A stretch of 64,000 nucleotides of DNA from positions 1 through 64,000 of the forward strand of contig CAXGAI010000010.1 of the NCBI GenBank assembly GCA_964007735.1. Direction: 5' to 3'. Shown here piece after piece: positions 48,160 to 57,515 of the stretch. The notes under the pieces were generated by a model, which was not told the origin of the DNA, did not search any database, and saw only the letters and a list, made by a program, of their open reading frames with translations. Both the position numbers and the translations under genes were made by a program. Source of the DNA: an uncultured Rhodopirellula sp. GTDB lineage: Bacteria > Planctomycetota > Planctomycetia > Pirellulales > Pirellulaceae. The first letter of the stretch is position 1. The number at the start of each line of letters is the position of its first letter.

Positions 48160-48864
48160 TTATCGAAGCAGGGGGTGACCTGTATGGATATGGTAATCCT
48201 GACATTCGAACACATCAGCAAATGATTGTACCATAGCGGAACGAACTTGAGCCATTCTAACAACCTGCCTACGTTCGGCCAGCAGGCTACTCATCGTTCT
48301 GCGTGATTGATCAGCCGGAATCTTCTTCACCACATCTATAAATCCATAATCCCGCATTTCCGGTTCCACATTAAGATACGCTCCAAAGCAGCTTACGCCT
48401 CGCTGCACAGCCATCGCAGTAACGCTCAGCAAGCCTGTACGCCCCCAGATATTGAAATCAATCTCCGTATCCAAAGGTGTATAGGAAAGCTCTTGGAGAG
48501 CTCCCATTACGGCCTGTCGCACCAGACTCAACACTTTACCTGGGGAAACCTGATACCAATGCATCGGAATCAGTGGATAAATTGCCAACTGGCCGGGACG
48601 ATGGAGAATGCAGCCACCGCCTCGAGCCACCCAAAGAGACTTTAACTTAGCCGATTTAACTCGATCTGCACCCAAGCGGATATGAGCATGAGATCCCATT
48701 CGACCAACGGAAATAACCGGTTCATGTTCACAAAGTAATACCTGAATTCGATCCGATGCATAGCTCTGAGATTCCACCAACTGCCGCTGCAATTGCAGGT
48801 ATTTACTTAGCTCAACTCGCCCCAGCATATAAAATGCCATCTTGGACTCTTCACGACTAAACAT
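48160..48864 (-). CDS. Divergent LipB (octanoyltransferase)-like protein lacking the catalytic Lys and Cys
   Basis: EHEPVISVG and RGGGCILHRPGQLAIYP are retained; KIxSxG, HG and PCG motifs are absent. Confidence 0.82.
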   Translation of the reverse strand: MFSREESKMAFYMLGRVELSKYLQLQRQLVESQSYASDRIQVLLCEHEPVISVGRMGSHAHIRLGADRVKSAKLKSLWVARGGGCILHRPGQLAIYPLIPMHWYQVSPGKVLSLVRQAVMGALQELSYTPLDTEIDFNIWGRTGLLSVTAMAVQRGVSCFGAYLNVEPEMRDYGFIDVVKKIPADQSRRTMSSLLAERRQVVRMAQVRSAMVQSFADVFECQDYHIHTGHPLLR

Positions 48865-48981
48865 ACTTCTCTCATCCGGTAAAGGCTGTGGCCGCTGGAT
48901 ACTTTCTCGGTGGCCGACTATGCTGGGTTAAACACAACCTATCCAGTTGCCTATTGTATCCTCTTTTGTACTGATGCCCCG

Positions 48982-49473
48982 ATGGGTAAAAAAAAGAACA
49001 AGCAAAACACTGAGCCTGAAAAAAAAACTAGCCACATTGCGGAAAACCGTAGGGCAAGGCATCAATATCACGTTCTCGACACACTCGAATGTGGCATTGT
49101 CCTTCAAGGCAGTGAAGTGAAAAGCCTACGCCTGGGACAAGTATCACTCGACGAAGCTTATGGTCGCGTTATCGGCAAAGAGGTCTATCTTGTCGGTTGC
49201 GATATTCCCGAATACAAACAGGCCTCACATCTCAATCATCATCCACGTCGCGAACGTAAGTTACTCATGCATAAACTTGAACGGCGGAAATTTGCGGAAA
49301 AGGCAACGCAGAATGGGCACACTCTTGTCCCCTTAAAAATGTATTTCAACCACCGTGGAATCTGCAAAGTTTTGCTCGGACTTTGTAAAGGTAAGCAAAT
49401 GCATGATAAGCGACAGTCGATGAAAAAACGGGATACACAGCGAGGGCTGGATCGCGCGATGCGGGGACGCTAG
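48982..49473 (+). CDS. smpB: SsrA-binding protein
   Basis: NRRARHQY, ECGIVLQGSEVKS, RERKLLMHK, GKQMHDKR. Start at ATG 48982. Confidence 0.97.
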   Translation: MGKKKNKQNTEPEKKTSHIAENRRARHQYHVLDTLECGIVLQGSEVKSLRLGQVSLDEAYGRVIGKEVYLVGCDIPEYKQASHLNHHPRRERKLLMHKLERRKFAEKATQNGHTLVPLKMYFNHRGICKVLLGLCKGKQMHDKRQSMKKRDTQRGLDRAMRGR

Positions 49474-49739
49474 CTCTCCCGTCCAACTTCCAACTCAATC
49501 GTCCCAATCACAGTCCCTGTCGCAAGCTCATCATCCACTTCCACTGCTGCATAGTGAAATACACCGCCATGTCTAGCAATAATTTCGACGACGATATCTC
49601 CTGCGCAGATCTCACACACAGGGTCACCCGACTCAACCCTTGCACCGGAACCAACTATCCAGCCGGTCAAACAAAGTCGCGCTCCGGGAATTTCAAAATC
49701 AGGAATGCGGACTTCATATAACTCCGGTGGTGTTGACAT
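49470..49739 (-). CDS. Stand-alone biotinyl/lipoyl-like domain protein without the attachment lysine
   Basis: W.V..G..V..GDPVCEI...VVEI.A..GG...V..D.L..G..I..I lipoyl-domain pattern; the protein contains no Lys. Confidence 0.78.
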   Translation of the reverse strand: MSTPPELYEVRIPDFEIPGARLCLTGWIVGSGARVESGDPVCEICAGDIVVEIIARHGGVFHYAAVEVDDELATGTVIGTIELEVGRES

Positions 49740-50389
49740 TAACTTTCAAGCTCCAAGGTACCCCAAAGAGTTGGGTCCTCCTGAACTGGGTATTCCGGAC
49801 CGACCGAGAAAGTCTGCCAACCCAATTCACGATCCACAATGGCATAACTAAAACCGAGGCGAGGGTAATCTTCCGGATCGAAGCCAGTAAGACAATCTGC
49901 CGGTATCCTGCCACGTATTAAGTAGCCGTTCTTTTTTGTCTGAGCGTAAACCTGAAGACGTTCACTTCTTACCAAGGTCGGGTTTTCACGAGCACGATTA
50001 ATTTCGAGATGCGCCGCTAACGGCTCCGCACGGCGAGCACCCGCTCCTTCGGGCATAAACGTGAACCAGTGACAGAAACGATTTGCACGATGGATAGTGT
50101 GAGTATCGCGAGTATCAATAAACAGGTGCAGGCCATCGCTGTCCTCCACGCGCGAATCACGACACCATAATGCCTGCTGTTTACTTTTTACTTCTGCCTG
50201 AATAAATATCGCTTCAGAATTCCATCCAATACGTACGTCTGCATATTCATCCCTCCCACTCAGTTCCTGTAAAGAAGGAAGTTTATACCGGGGTGTGAGA
50301 TTCACTCCGGTTGCCCCCCAGGGCTTGCTTACCTTAAAACACGGTACTGCGAAGCGAAACAGCATGGTTGGATCAATCAGCGACATCAT
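49739..50389 (-). CDS. CBM9/DOMON-like sugar-binding domain protein, no signal peptide
   Basis: ADVRIGWNSEAIFI, DGLHLFIDTR, GY.I...IP and LGFSY pattern; start and stop overlap both neighbours. Confidence 0.65.
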   Translation of the reverse strand: MMSLIDPTMLFRFAVPCFKVSKPWGATGVNLTPRYKLPSLQELSGRDEYADVRIGWNSEAIFIQAEVKSKQQALWCRDSRVEDSDGLHLFIDTRDTHTIHRANRFCHWFTFMPEGAGARRAEPLAAHLEINRARENPTLVRSERLQVYAQTKKNGYLIRGRIPADCLTGFDPEDYPRLGFSYAIVDRELGWQTFSVGPEYPVQEDPTLWGTLELES

Positions 50390-53300
50390 TCCAACTCCTG
50401 CATTTCAGCCAGTAAATTTCTCAGATAACCCTCCAGGTCACTTGAATAAATATCTTCCGACTTATTGAAATAAAGGTGAGCAACGTCCTTCTTCGCCAAA
50501 CTGGAATCAAAATCTCTGCGACTTCCAAACTCAGCAATCCGTCCGGCCGTCATCAGACCTTTTGGACAATTGATGCTTAGTCGTAATGCTTCCGCCTTTT
50601 TCGTCGTCACTGTCAACCACGGCACACGGCCACCTGGGAAGTACAGATGAACCAACACTTTGTTGTTCCAGAGGAAGTTTCCATCGGGTAGTACATCCTG
50701 TAGCAATTGATAAAGGTCTTCCCAAACCTCCATCTTCCACATACGTTTATGTCCTGGCATAAAGCCTTTCGTTGAAAAATGCCACTTTTGTCCGTTAGAT
50801 TTCCAAGGAGATTGCTCGATCTTCTTCGTACCTGTCCCGGCCGTGAATGCTTCAAATGCCTTGACGGCTGATTCTACAAATTCCCAGTAAGCCGGAGTAT
50901 CGATCTCCTCCAGACTGTGCGCACGAATTTCAACTTCCTGCCACTGCGATCTTTTCTTTACTTTGACACGAGGTTCATTCCCATAAACCGGCAGGTCATC
51001 CATTTGATTTAAGGTTTTAAGTCCAATCGACTCCACTAACTTCTCTCGATTAAATGTTCCCGGAGCGGTACGGAATTTCATTTTAAGCATCCACGTTTCC
51101 GCCGTGATGGCATGAAAGAACCATCCCAAGCTCTTCTTCCCAGCCGCAATCTCGACAACGGTTCGGGAACCATAATCTGTTTCATTCAGGCTGCTACTCA
51201 ATTGCTCAATCTTATCGATCGTCTCCGCCAGAATCGATCCTTCCCATTTGACTTCGCCACCATCACGACCAACGCGACGTTGTGTATGCCAGGCTCTACC
51301 GTCAGTCTTCCACGGCATCGATACTTCCTGACCTATCTCCGAAAGCTCCAGATCTTCCTCTTGAACTCGTTCTGCGTGTGGATCGTAGGCTTCCCGACTC
51401 TCATAAGGCCCGGCATCCATCACAGGAATCAAAGCTTCCCCGGTATGGCTAGGCAAGCCCGAATTTTTAAGTTGGAAATTTTGTGCATAAACGGCGAGCG
51501 ATTCCGGGGTACCCGTCTGAACAATCACTCCACCAGCAAAACCTGCCTCTGGTCCCATGTCGACAACCCAGTCTGCGGTTTTGATAAGATCAAGATTATG
51601 TTCAATGACGACAACCGTATTTCCCAAATCCACCAAACGGTGGAGGACATCCAGTAATTTGGCAATATCATCGAAGTGAAGCCCGGTCGTCGGCTCATCC
51701 AATAAATACAAAGTCTGACCGGTATCAGGCCGTGACAATTCAGCCGCTAACTTCACTCGCTGAGCTTCACCGCCGGATAAAGTTGGAGCGGGTTGCCCGA
51801 GAGCTACGTAATCTAGTCCGACATCACAAAGCATTTGCAAAATTCGGCGGATTTTGGGAATGTTATCAAATAACTCAACCGCTTCCGCGATTGTCATCTC
51901 CAATACATCCGAAATCGAGCGGCCACGAAATTTAACCGCCAGCGTGTCTGGATTATAGCGTTTGCCTTCACAGGTTTCACACTGAACCCAAACGTCTGGC
52001 AGGAAGTGCATTTCGATACATTTTTGTCCATATCCGTCACAGGCATCGCAACGACCACCCGGCACATTGAAACTAAATCGTCGAGCAGTATAGCCACGTA
52101 ATTTTGCATCCGGAAGTTGAGAAAACAACGTACGTATTAAATCAAACAAACCGGTATAGGTTGCCGGATTCGAACTGGGGGAATTACCAATTGGATTCTG
52201 ATCGACCCGGATGACTTTATTAATATATTCAATCCCCAGAATTCTATCGTGTGCCCCGGGGATTCCTGACGCACGATGTAACTTTCGAGCTAATGCTGTG
52301 TATAAAATACCGTCAATGAGTGAGCTTTTACCACTACCACTGGGCCCGGTAACTACCGTGAGTGTTCCGAGAGGAATCTCCAAATCAACATTCTTCAGGT
52401 TGTGGTGGCGTGCTCCAATCACTTTTAACACTTGTTGCTTACCTGACTTCAACTCAACAGGACGGCGATTATCCGGAATCGCGATCGCTTTCGCTCCAGA
52501 GAGGTATGGACCTGTTAATGAGCTCTTTCGTTTCGACAATTGCTTGGGGGTTCCTTGAGCCACAATGTTTCCACCGTGCTTTCCAGACCCTGGGCCGAAA
52601 TCACAAAGGTAATCACTACCTTCAATAATTTCGCGGTCATGCTCCACAACCAACAAGGTATTACCAAGATCTCGCAGCTTATAAAGTGCTCGTAGTAATC
52701 GCGTGTTATCCCGAGGATGTAACCCAATGGTTGGCTCATCCAATACGTACAACACGCCGCACAAACCACTACCAAGCTGACTTGCTAAACGAATGCGTTG
52801 GGCCTCGCCATTAGATAGCGAAGCACTGGGACGATGCAGTGTTAAATAGTGGAGGCCAATTTCATTGAGAAATTCAAGTCTTTCACGTACTTCACGCAAT
52901 AATTCACCCGCGATTGTCCGTTCACGCCTGGTAAGTTGCCAATCCTTAATCATCTGCAGTAAATCATCTAGTGCTGTACTACAAAGCTGGTCGATGGTAA
53001 TTCCACGAAGTTTATAAGCCGCAGCATCTTCACGCAAACGGCTACCTCCACAGGTGGAACATTCCACCTCGTCAACAAGATGTTCCAGCTTTGTTCTTAG
53101 TGAAGGAGAGACGCGAGATGCCTCGGCCAAGGCCGGATAAAGTCCTTTAAACTGGAACTTAAACCGCGGGCCGGCGGTTTTACTTTTGCCTGGTAACTGC
53201 ACTTCAAACCACTGTTCGTCCGCACCATGCAGTATTTTTCTGCGAGTCGTTGCCGGCAAGTCAACAAAACGAAGTTCCGCGTCAATCTGCAAGCCATCAA

Positions 53301-56300
53301 GCAAAGCTTGCATCATCGCTCGAGCAATCTCATTGGACAGTTCAGGCCACAGTGCAATTGCACCATCGAGTAACGTTGCATGGGTATCATTCAGTAAAGC
53401 CGCCGGATTCGCCCCCCGCTGTGTACCTAATCCTTCACACGAACCACACCATCCTAATTGACTGTTGAATGAGAAGTGATGAGGTGTCAGTTGTTCAAAT
53501 GATCGGCCACATTCTTCACAAGCCAAATGCTGACTGTGCTTCCGCACCAGCCACTGGGATTCCTCTACCTTCTTTTGGGCGTAAGCCACGTTAAGTACAC
53601 CTTTGCCAATCTGCAAAGCGGACTCAACACTTTCGGCAATACGACTGCGATCCTTATCTCGCACTGTAATACGGTCGACTACCACTTCAATATCATGGGA
53701 AGCCCTTCGGTCCAGTTCGGGCATTTGCTCCAGTGAATACGTCGTCCTATCCACTCTTACTCGAATAAAGCCGCTCGCCCGAATCTCGTCCCACAGTGCC
53801 GTATATTGCTGACCTGTATCGCATTCCACAGGTGCGAGCAGGTAAAGACGGGTACCCTCTTCTTCTGACAAAATTTTATCAACGATCTGATCGGAAGTCT
53901 GAGTACCAACAGATCTATCACAATCAGGACAGTGAGGTATTCCCATGCGAGCCATCAGAATACGCAGGTAATCATAAATCTCCGTGACAGTACCTACGGT
54001 ACTGCGAGGAGTGTGACCCAGATTCTTTTGTTCAATCGCAACCGCCGGAGACAAGCCATCGATGTAATCTAATCTTGGTTTCTGAGTCTGCCCAATAAAT
54101 TGACGGGCGTAGGAGCTTAAGCTCTCGACGTAACGCCGCTGTCCTTCTGCATAGATAGTATCCATTGCAAGTGACGTCTTGCCACTTCCGGAAGGCCCTG
54201 AGAAAACCGTCATCTTGTTGCGACTAATGTCTGCGTCGACCAATTTAAGGTTATGCTGTTTTGCACCTCGCACCCGGATACTGGTTATCTCCTCAGCAAC
54301 TTCCCGATCTTCTTCAGCAATAATCTGATCATTCGGTAACTTATGTAATGTCCGGTACAATGCCACTCCTGTTTCAGATGCTTTACAAGCCGCCACATCT
54401 TCCGGGGTGCCAGCCACCACTAACTGACCACCCCCTTCTCCACCATCAGGCCCAAGGTCAATCACCCAGTCCGCGGTCTTGATTACATCCATATTGTGCT
54501 CGACCACAACAACCGTATTACCGCGTTCCACAAAGTCATGAAGCACTTTTAGCAGCAATTCAATATCGGCAAAGTGAAGCCCGGTAGTCGGTTCATCCAG
54601 AATGTAAATCGTACTGCCCGTACTCTTGCGGACTAATTCCCTGGCCAACTTGATTCGCTGAGCTTCTCCACCGGAAAGTGTGGGAGATGCCTGTCCCAAT
54701 TTGAGGTATTCAAGCCCAACATCTGCAAGTGTTTTCAACTTGTCATAAATTTTCGGGATGTTCTCAAAGAGCCCTAGTGCCTGCCGAACATCCAATTGAA
54801 GAACATCTGAAATAGAGTGGTCCTTAAACTTAATTTGTAATGTTTCTCGATTGAAACGTTTGCCTTCGCAGACGGTGCACTGAACCCAAATGTCTGCCAG
54901 AAAGTCCATTTCAAGTTTATTTTTCCCGTTCCCTTCACAAGCTTCACAACGGCCACCTTTGACATTAAAACTAAAACGGCCGGGTTTATAACCACGTCGT
55001 TTTGCATCAGGAAGCTGAACAAACAGTTTCCGAATGTCATCGAAGACTTTGATATAAGTCACAGGATTTGACCGAGGTGTGCGGCCGATAGGAGACTGGT
55101 CAATCGCGATCATCTTATCGAGATATTCCGTCCCCAATATGTCCTTATGGATCCCGGGGATCGATTCACCACGATTGAGTTCGCGTCTCAGAGCATCTGC
55201 CAGAATATCGTTAATCAGTGAACTTTTACCCGAACCGGAAACTCCTGTTACACAGATAAAGTTTCCAAGTGGAATTTCCACATCAATGTTTTTGAGGTTA
55301 TTATGTCGAGCCCCAAGAATCTTGAGGGTCTGACCTGTCTGAGGACGACGGGTTTCGGGCGTGATAATTTCACGTGTGCCGGACAGAAACTGACCGGTGA
55401 CACTACGCTCCTGACTTCGAATATCCTCGAGTTTTCCTCGAGCCACTATCTCGCCGCCCTCGACTCCGGCGCCCGGCCCAAAATCAACGATGTAATCTGC
55501 CGCGCGCATCGTGTCCTCGTCATGCTCCACGACAACGACCGTATTTCCAACGTCTCGCAATTTGAGAAGAGTATTAATCAGTTGGTCATTATCACGCGCA
55601 TGCAAACCGATTGACGGTTCATCGAGGATGTAGGTGACACCAACAAGACCAGAGCCGATCTGTGCCGCGAGACGAATTCTCTGAGCTTCGCCGCCGGACA
55701 GAGTAGGGGCCGTACGATCTAACGTGAGATAACCCAGGCCGACATTAAGTAAAAACCCGAGCCGCGCTCTGATTTCCTTGAGGGCATCTTCTGCCACTCG
55801 TGCTGAATTCTTATCGAGCTTTAGATCTGAAAAGAACTCCACTGCCTGATGAACACTCAAATTACAAACTTCTGGCAGCGAAAGCTCCGGATGACTAGCA
55901 AACCGAGAATGCCGAGAATGCATTCTCATATTCCTGGCCTGATCCACCAAACGCTGACCGTCACATTGTGGACAGTGAATCGTGTTCATATAGCGTTCAA
56001 GTTTCCGCTGATGAGGCTTACTACGACTGGATGCGTACTTCTCTTTGTACTCGGGAATAATCCCTTCATATGTTCCACCGTACTTTAAGGGAGAACGTCC
56101 CCCCCGCCAGGTGTACGTAATATGAAGTTCACCTGTCCCCCACAACAATGCATCCCTGGCTTCCTGACAAAGATCCTGCCAAGGAGTCTCAAGCATGTAA
56201 CCTTCTTCCCAGTCGTTCTTGCGTTCGAGTGTTGTGGCAACACCACGATATATGTGCCTCCTCCAACGCCCCATTTTCTTCTGATTGCCGATGATTTCAA

Positions 56301-57222
56301 TTGCACCACCCATAAATGTCTTTTCAGGATTTGGCACTAAGAGTTCAGGATCAAACGAGAACATCTTACCGAGACCATTACAGCTAGGGCACATTCCCTG
56401 GGGGCTATTAAAGCTAAATAGTTGGGGCGATGGTGCTGCAAAGCTGATCTGACAATCAGTACAGGCATAGTCGCTCGAATAGACTTTATCCTTCGCATTC
56501 TTGCCAACCGAGGTGACGATCAAGGATCCATCCCCGATTTTCAAGGCCTGTTCAACCGCCTCTCCAAGCCGAGGCCGTATTTTATCTGCCAGCTTTAGAC
56601 GATCTATCACCACTTCAATATTGTGGCGATAGTTACGTTGCAACGCTGGTGGATTCGTGAGTTCACAAATTTGACCATCGACACGGGCTCTAATGAATCC
56701 TTGCTTAAGCAGGTCTTCAAATAAATCACGATATTCGCCTTTCTGTCCGCGAATAATCGGAGCAAGGATGGTAATCACCGTTCCTTTTTCTATCTGAATA
56801 ATGTGCGAAATGATTTGTTCACGAGTTTGTGCAGTAATGGGATTACCACAACGAGGACAATAGCCTTTCGCAACCCGAGCATAAAGAACTCTTAGGAAGT
56901 CATAAACTTCTGTAATGGTCCCAACCGTACTACGAGGGTTGCGACCTGCCGTCTTTTGAGAAATTGAAATAGAAGGGCTAAGGCCGGAGATGTGCTCCAC
57001 ATCCGGTTTTGGCATTTGGCCGAGAAACTGACGTGCAAAACTTGAAAGGCTTTCCACGTACCTTCTTTGGCCTTCTGCAAACAAAGTGTCGAATGCAAGT
57101 GAACTTTTTCCACTTCCACTGACACCTGTCAAACAGATCAGTTGATTACGAGGCAAAACAACATCAACCTCCCGAAGGTTATGCTCTCGTGCTCCCTGAA
57201 TCGTAATATCTGACGCCTGCAT
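50386..57222 (-). CDS. uvrA: Double-length excinuclease ABC subunit A (two fused UvrA modules plus a C-terminal extension)
   Basis: Four Walker A motifs (GVSGSGKSS x2, GPSGSGKTS, GPSGSGKSS), two AEGQRRYVESLS motifs, four LS(G/N)GEAQR/LDEP sets, CxxC zinc modules; 2278 aa. Confidence 0.96.
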   Translation of the reverse strand: MQASDITIQGAREHNLREVDVVLPRNQLICLTGVSGSGKSSLAFDTLFAEGQRRYVESLSSFARQFLGQMPKPDVEHISGLSPSISISQKTAGRNPRSTVGTITEVYDFLRVLYARVAKGYCPRCGNPITAQTREQIISHIIQIEKGTVITILAPIIRGQKGEYRDLFEDLLKQGFIRARVDGQICELTNPPALQRNYRHNIEVVIDRLKLADKIRPRLGEAVEQALKIGDGSLIVTSVGKNAKDKVYSSDYACTDCQISFAAPSPQLFSFNSPQGMCPSCNGLGKMFSFDPELLVPNPEKTFMGGAIEIIGNQKKMGRWRRHIYRGVATTLERKNDWEEGYMLETPWQDLCQEARDALLWGTGELHITYTWRGGRSPLKYGGTYEGIIPEYKEKYASSRSKPHQRKLERYMNTIHCPQCDGQRLVDQARNMRMHSRHSRFASHPELSLPEVCNLSVHQAVEFFSDLKLDKNSARVAEDALKEIRARLGFLLNVGLGYLTLDRTAPTLSGGEAQRIRLAAQIGSGLVGVTYILDEPSIGLHARDNDQLINTLLKLRDVGNTVVVVEHDEDTMRAADYIVDFGPGAGVEGGEIVARGKLEDIRSQERSVTGQFLSGTREIITPETRRPQTGQTLKILGARHNNLKNIDVEIPLGNFICVTGVSGSGKSSLINDILADALRRELNRGESIPGIHKDILGTEYLDKMIAIDQSPIGRTPRSNPVTYIKVFDDIRKLFVQLPDAKRRGYKPGRFSFNVKGGRCEACEGNGKNKLEMDFLADIWVQCTVCEGKRFNRETLQIKFKDHSISDVLQLDVRQALGLFENIPKIYDKLKTLADVGLEYLKLGQASPTLSGGEAQRIKLARELVRKSTGSTIYILDEPTTGLHFADIELLLKVLHDFVERGNTVVVVEHNMDVIKTADWVIDLGPDGGEGGGQLVVAGTPEDVAACKASETGVALYRTLHKLPNDQIIAEEDREVAEEITSIRVRGAKQHNLKLVDADISRNKMTVFSGPSGSGKTSLAMDTIYAEGQRRYVESLSSYARQFIGQTQKPRLDYIDGLSPAVAIEQKNLGHTPRSTVGTVTEIYDYLRILMARMGIPHCPDCDRSVGTQTSDQIVDKILSEEEGTRLYLLAPVECDTGQQYTALWDEIRASGFIRVRVDRTTYSLEQMPELDRRASHDIEVVVDRITVRDKDRSRIAESVESALQIGKGVLNVAYAQKKVEESQWLVRKHSQHLACEECGRSFEQLTPHHFSFNSQLGWCGSCEGLGTQRGANPAALLNDTHATLLDGAIALWPELSNEIARAMMQALLDGLQIDAELRFVDLPATTRRKILHGADEQWFEVQLPGKSKTAGPRFKFQFKGLYPALAEASRVSPSLRTKLEHLVDEVECSTCGGSRLREDAAAYKLRGITIDQLCSTALDDLLQMIKDWQLTRRERTIAGELLREVRERLEFLNEIGLHYLTLHRPSASLSNGEAQRIRLASQLGSGLCGVLYVLDEPTIGLHPRDNTRLLRALYKLRDLGNTLLVVEHDREIIEGSDYLCDFGPGSGKHGGNIVAQGTPKQLSKRKSSLTGPYLSGAKAIAIPDNRRPVELKSGKQQVLKVIGARHHNLKNVDLEIPLGTLTVVTGPSGSGKSSLIDGILYTALARKLHRASGIPGAHDRILGIEYINKVIRVDQNPIGNSPSSNPATYTGLFDLIRTLFSQLPDAKLRGYTARRFSFNVPGGRCDACDGYGQKCIEMHFLPDVWVQCETCEGKRYNPDTLAVKFRGRSISDVLEMTIAEAVELFDNIPKIRRILQMLCDVGLDYVALGQPAPTLSGGEAQRVKLAAELSRPDTGQTLYLLDEPTTGLHFDDIAKLLDVLHRLVDLGNTVVVIEHNLDLIKTADWVVDMGPEAGFAGGVIVQTGTPESLAVYAQNFQLKNSGLPSHTGEALIPVMDAGPYESREAYDPHAERVQEEDLELSEIGQEVSMPWKTDGRAWHTQRRVGRDGGEVKWEGSILAETIDKIEQLSSSLNETDYGSRTVVEIAAGKKSLGWFFHAITAETWMLKMKFRTAPGTFNREKLVESIGLKTLNQMDDLPVYGNEPRVKVKKRSQWQEVEIRAHSLEEIDTPAYWEFVESAVKAFEAFTAGTGTKKIEQSPWKSNGQKWHFSTKGFMPGHKRMWKMEVWEDLYQLLQDVLPDGNFLWNNKVLVHLYFPGGRVPWLTVTTKKAEALRLSINCPKGLMTAGRIAEFGSRRDFDSSLAKKDVAHLYFNKSEDIYSSDLEGYLRNLLAEMQELE

Positions 57223-57515
57223 AATCCTCTGTCATCTCTCGATAACCGTCAACAAATCTAAAGTCGGTTCGCTGTTGCCAAGCTTGCATCTTAAGCTTTT
57301 TCCCTGAGATTCGGGAGTATAGGTCACAGGCCAAGTCATGTTCTCCAACTAAATGTTTGACCCCGCCAACAATTCAAAATCCAGAAGTAGATAAACAGCT
57401 CAGGTAGCAACTGCGTAAGATAATGACATGGGGCGACAACACCTTGAATTGCTAGCCAGTAGCCCACGTATTCACTTTGGTGCTATTGGGTGGCAATGGA
57501 AGCAAGGAGGTAGCG

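Noticed and set aside
49470..49473. Shared palindromic stop codons (CTAG here, TTAA at 30941-30944) as insertion scars
   Set aside because: Four-base convergent stop overlaps are common in compact genomes; there is no target-site duplication or mobile-element gene.
48982..49739. tmRNA (ssrA) next to smpB
   Set aside because: smpB is flanked by protein-coding genes with no room for it, and no tRNA-like GGGG...CCACCA ends are visible.
57223..57360. LexA/SOS box upstream of uvrA
   Set aside because: No convincing palindrome of a known LexA type; only an isolated TGTTC half-site.
57295..57440. TPP riboswitch upstream of the ThDP-dependent decarboxylase
   Set aside because: A CTGAGA is present near 57304, but the downstream ACCTGA...AATxC..GCGxAGG core is missing.
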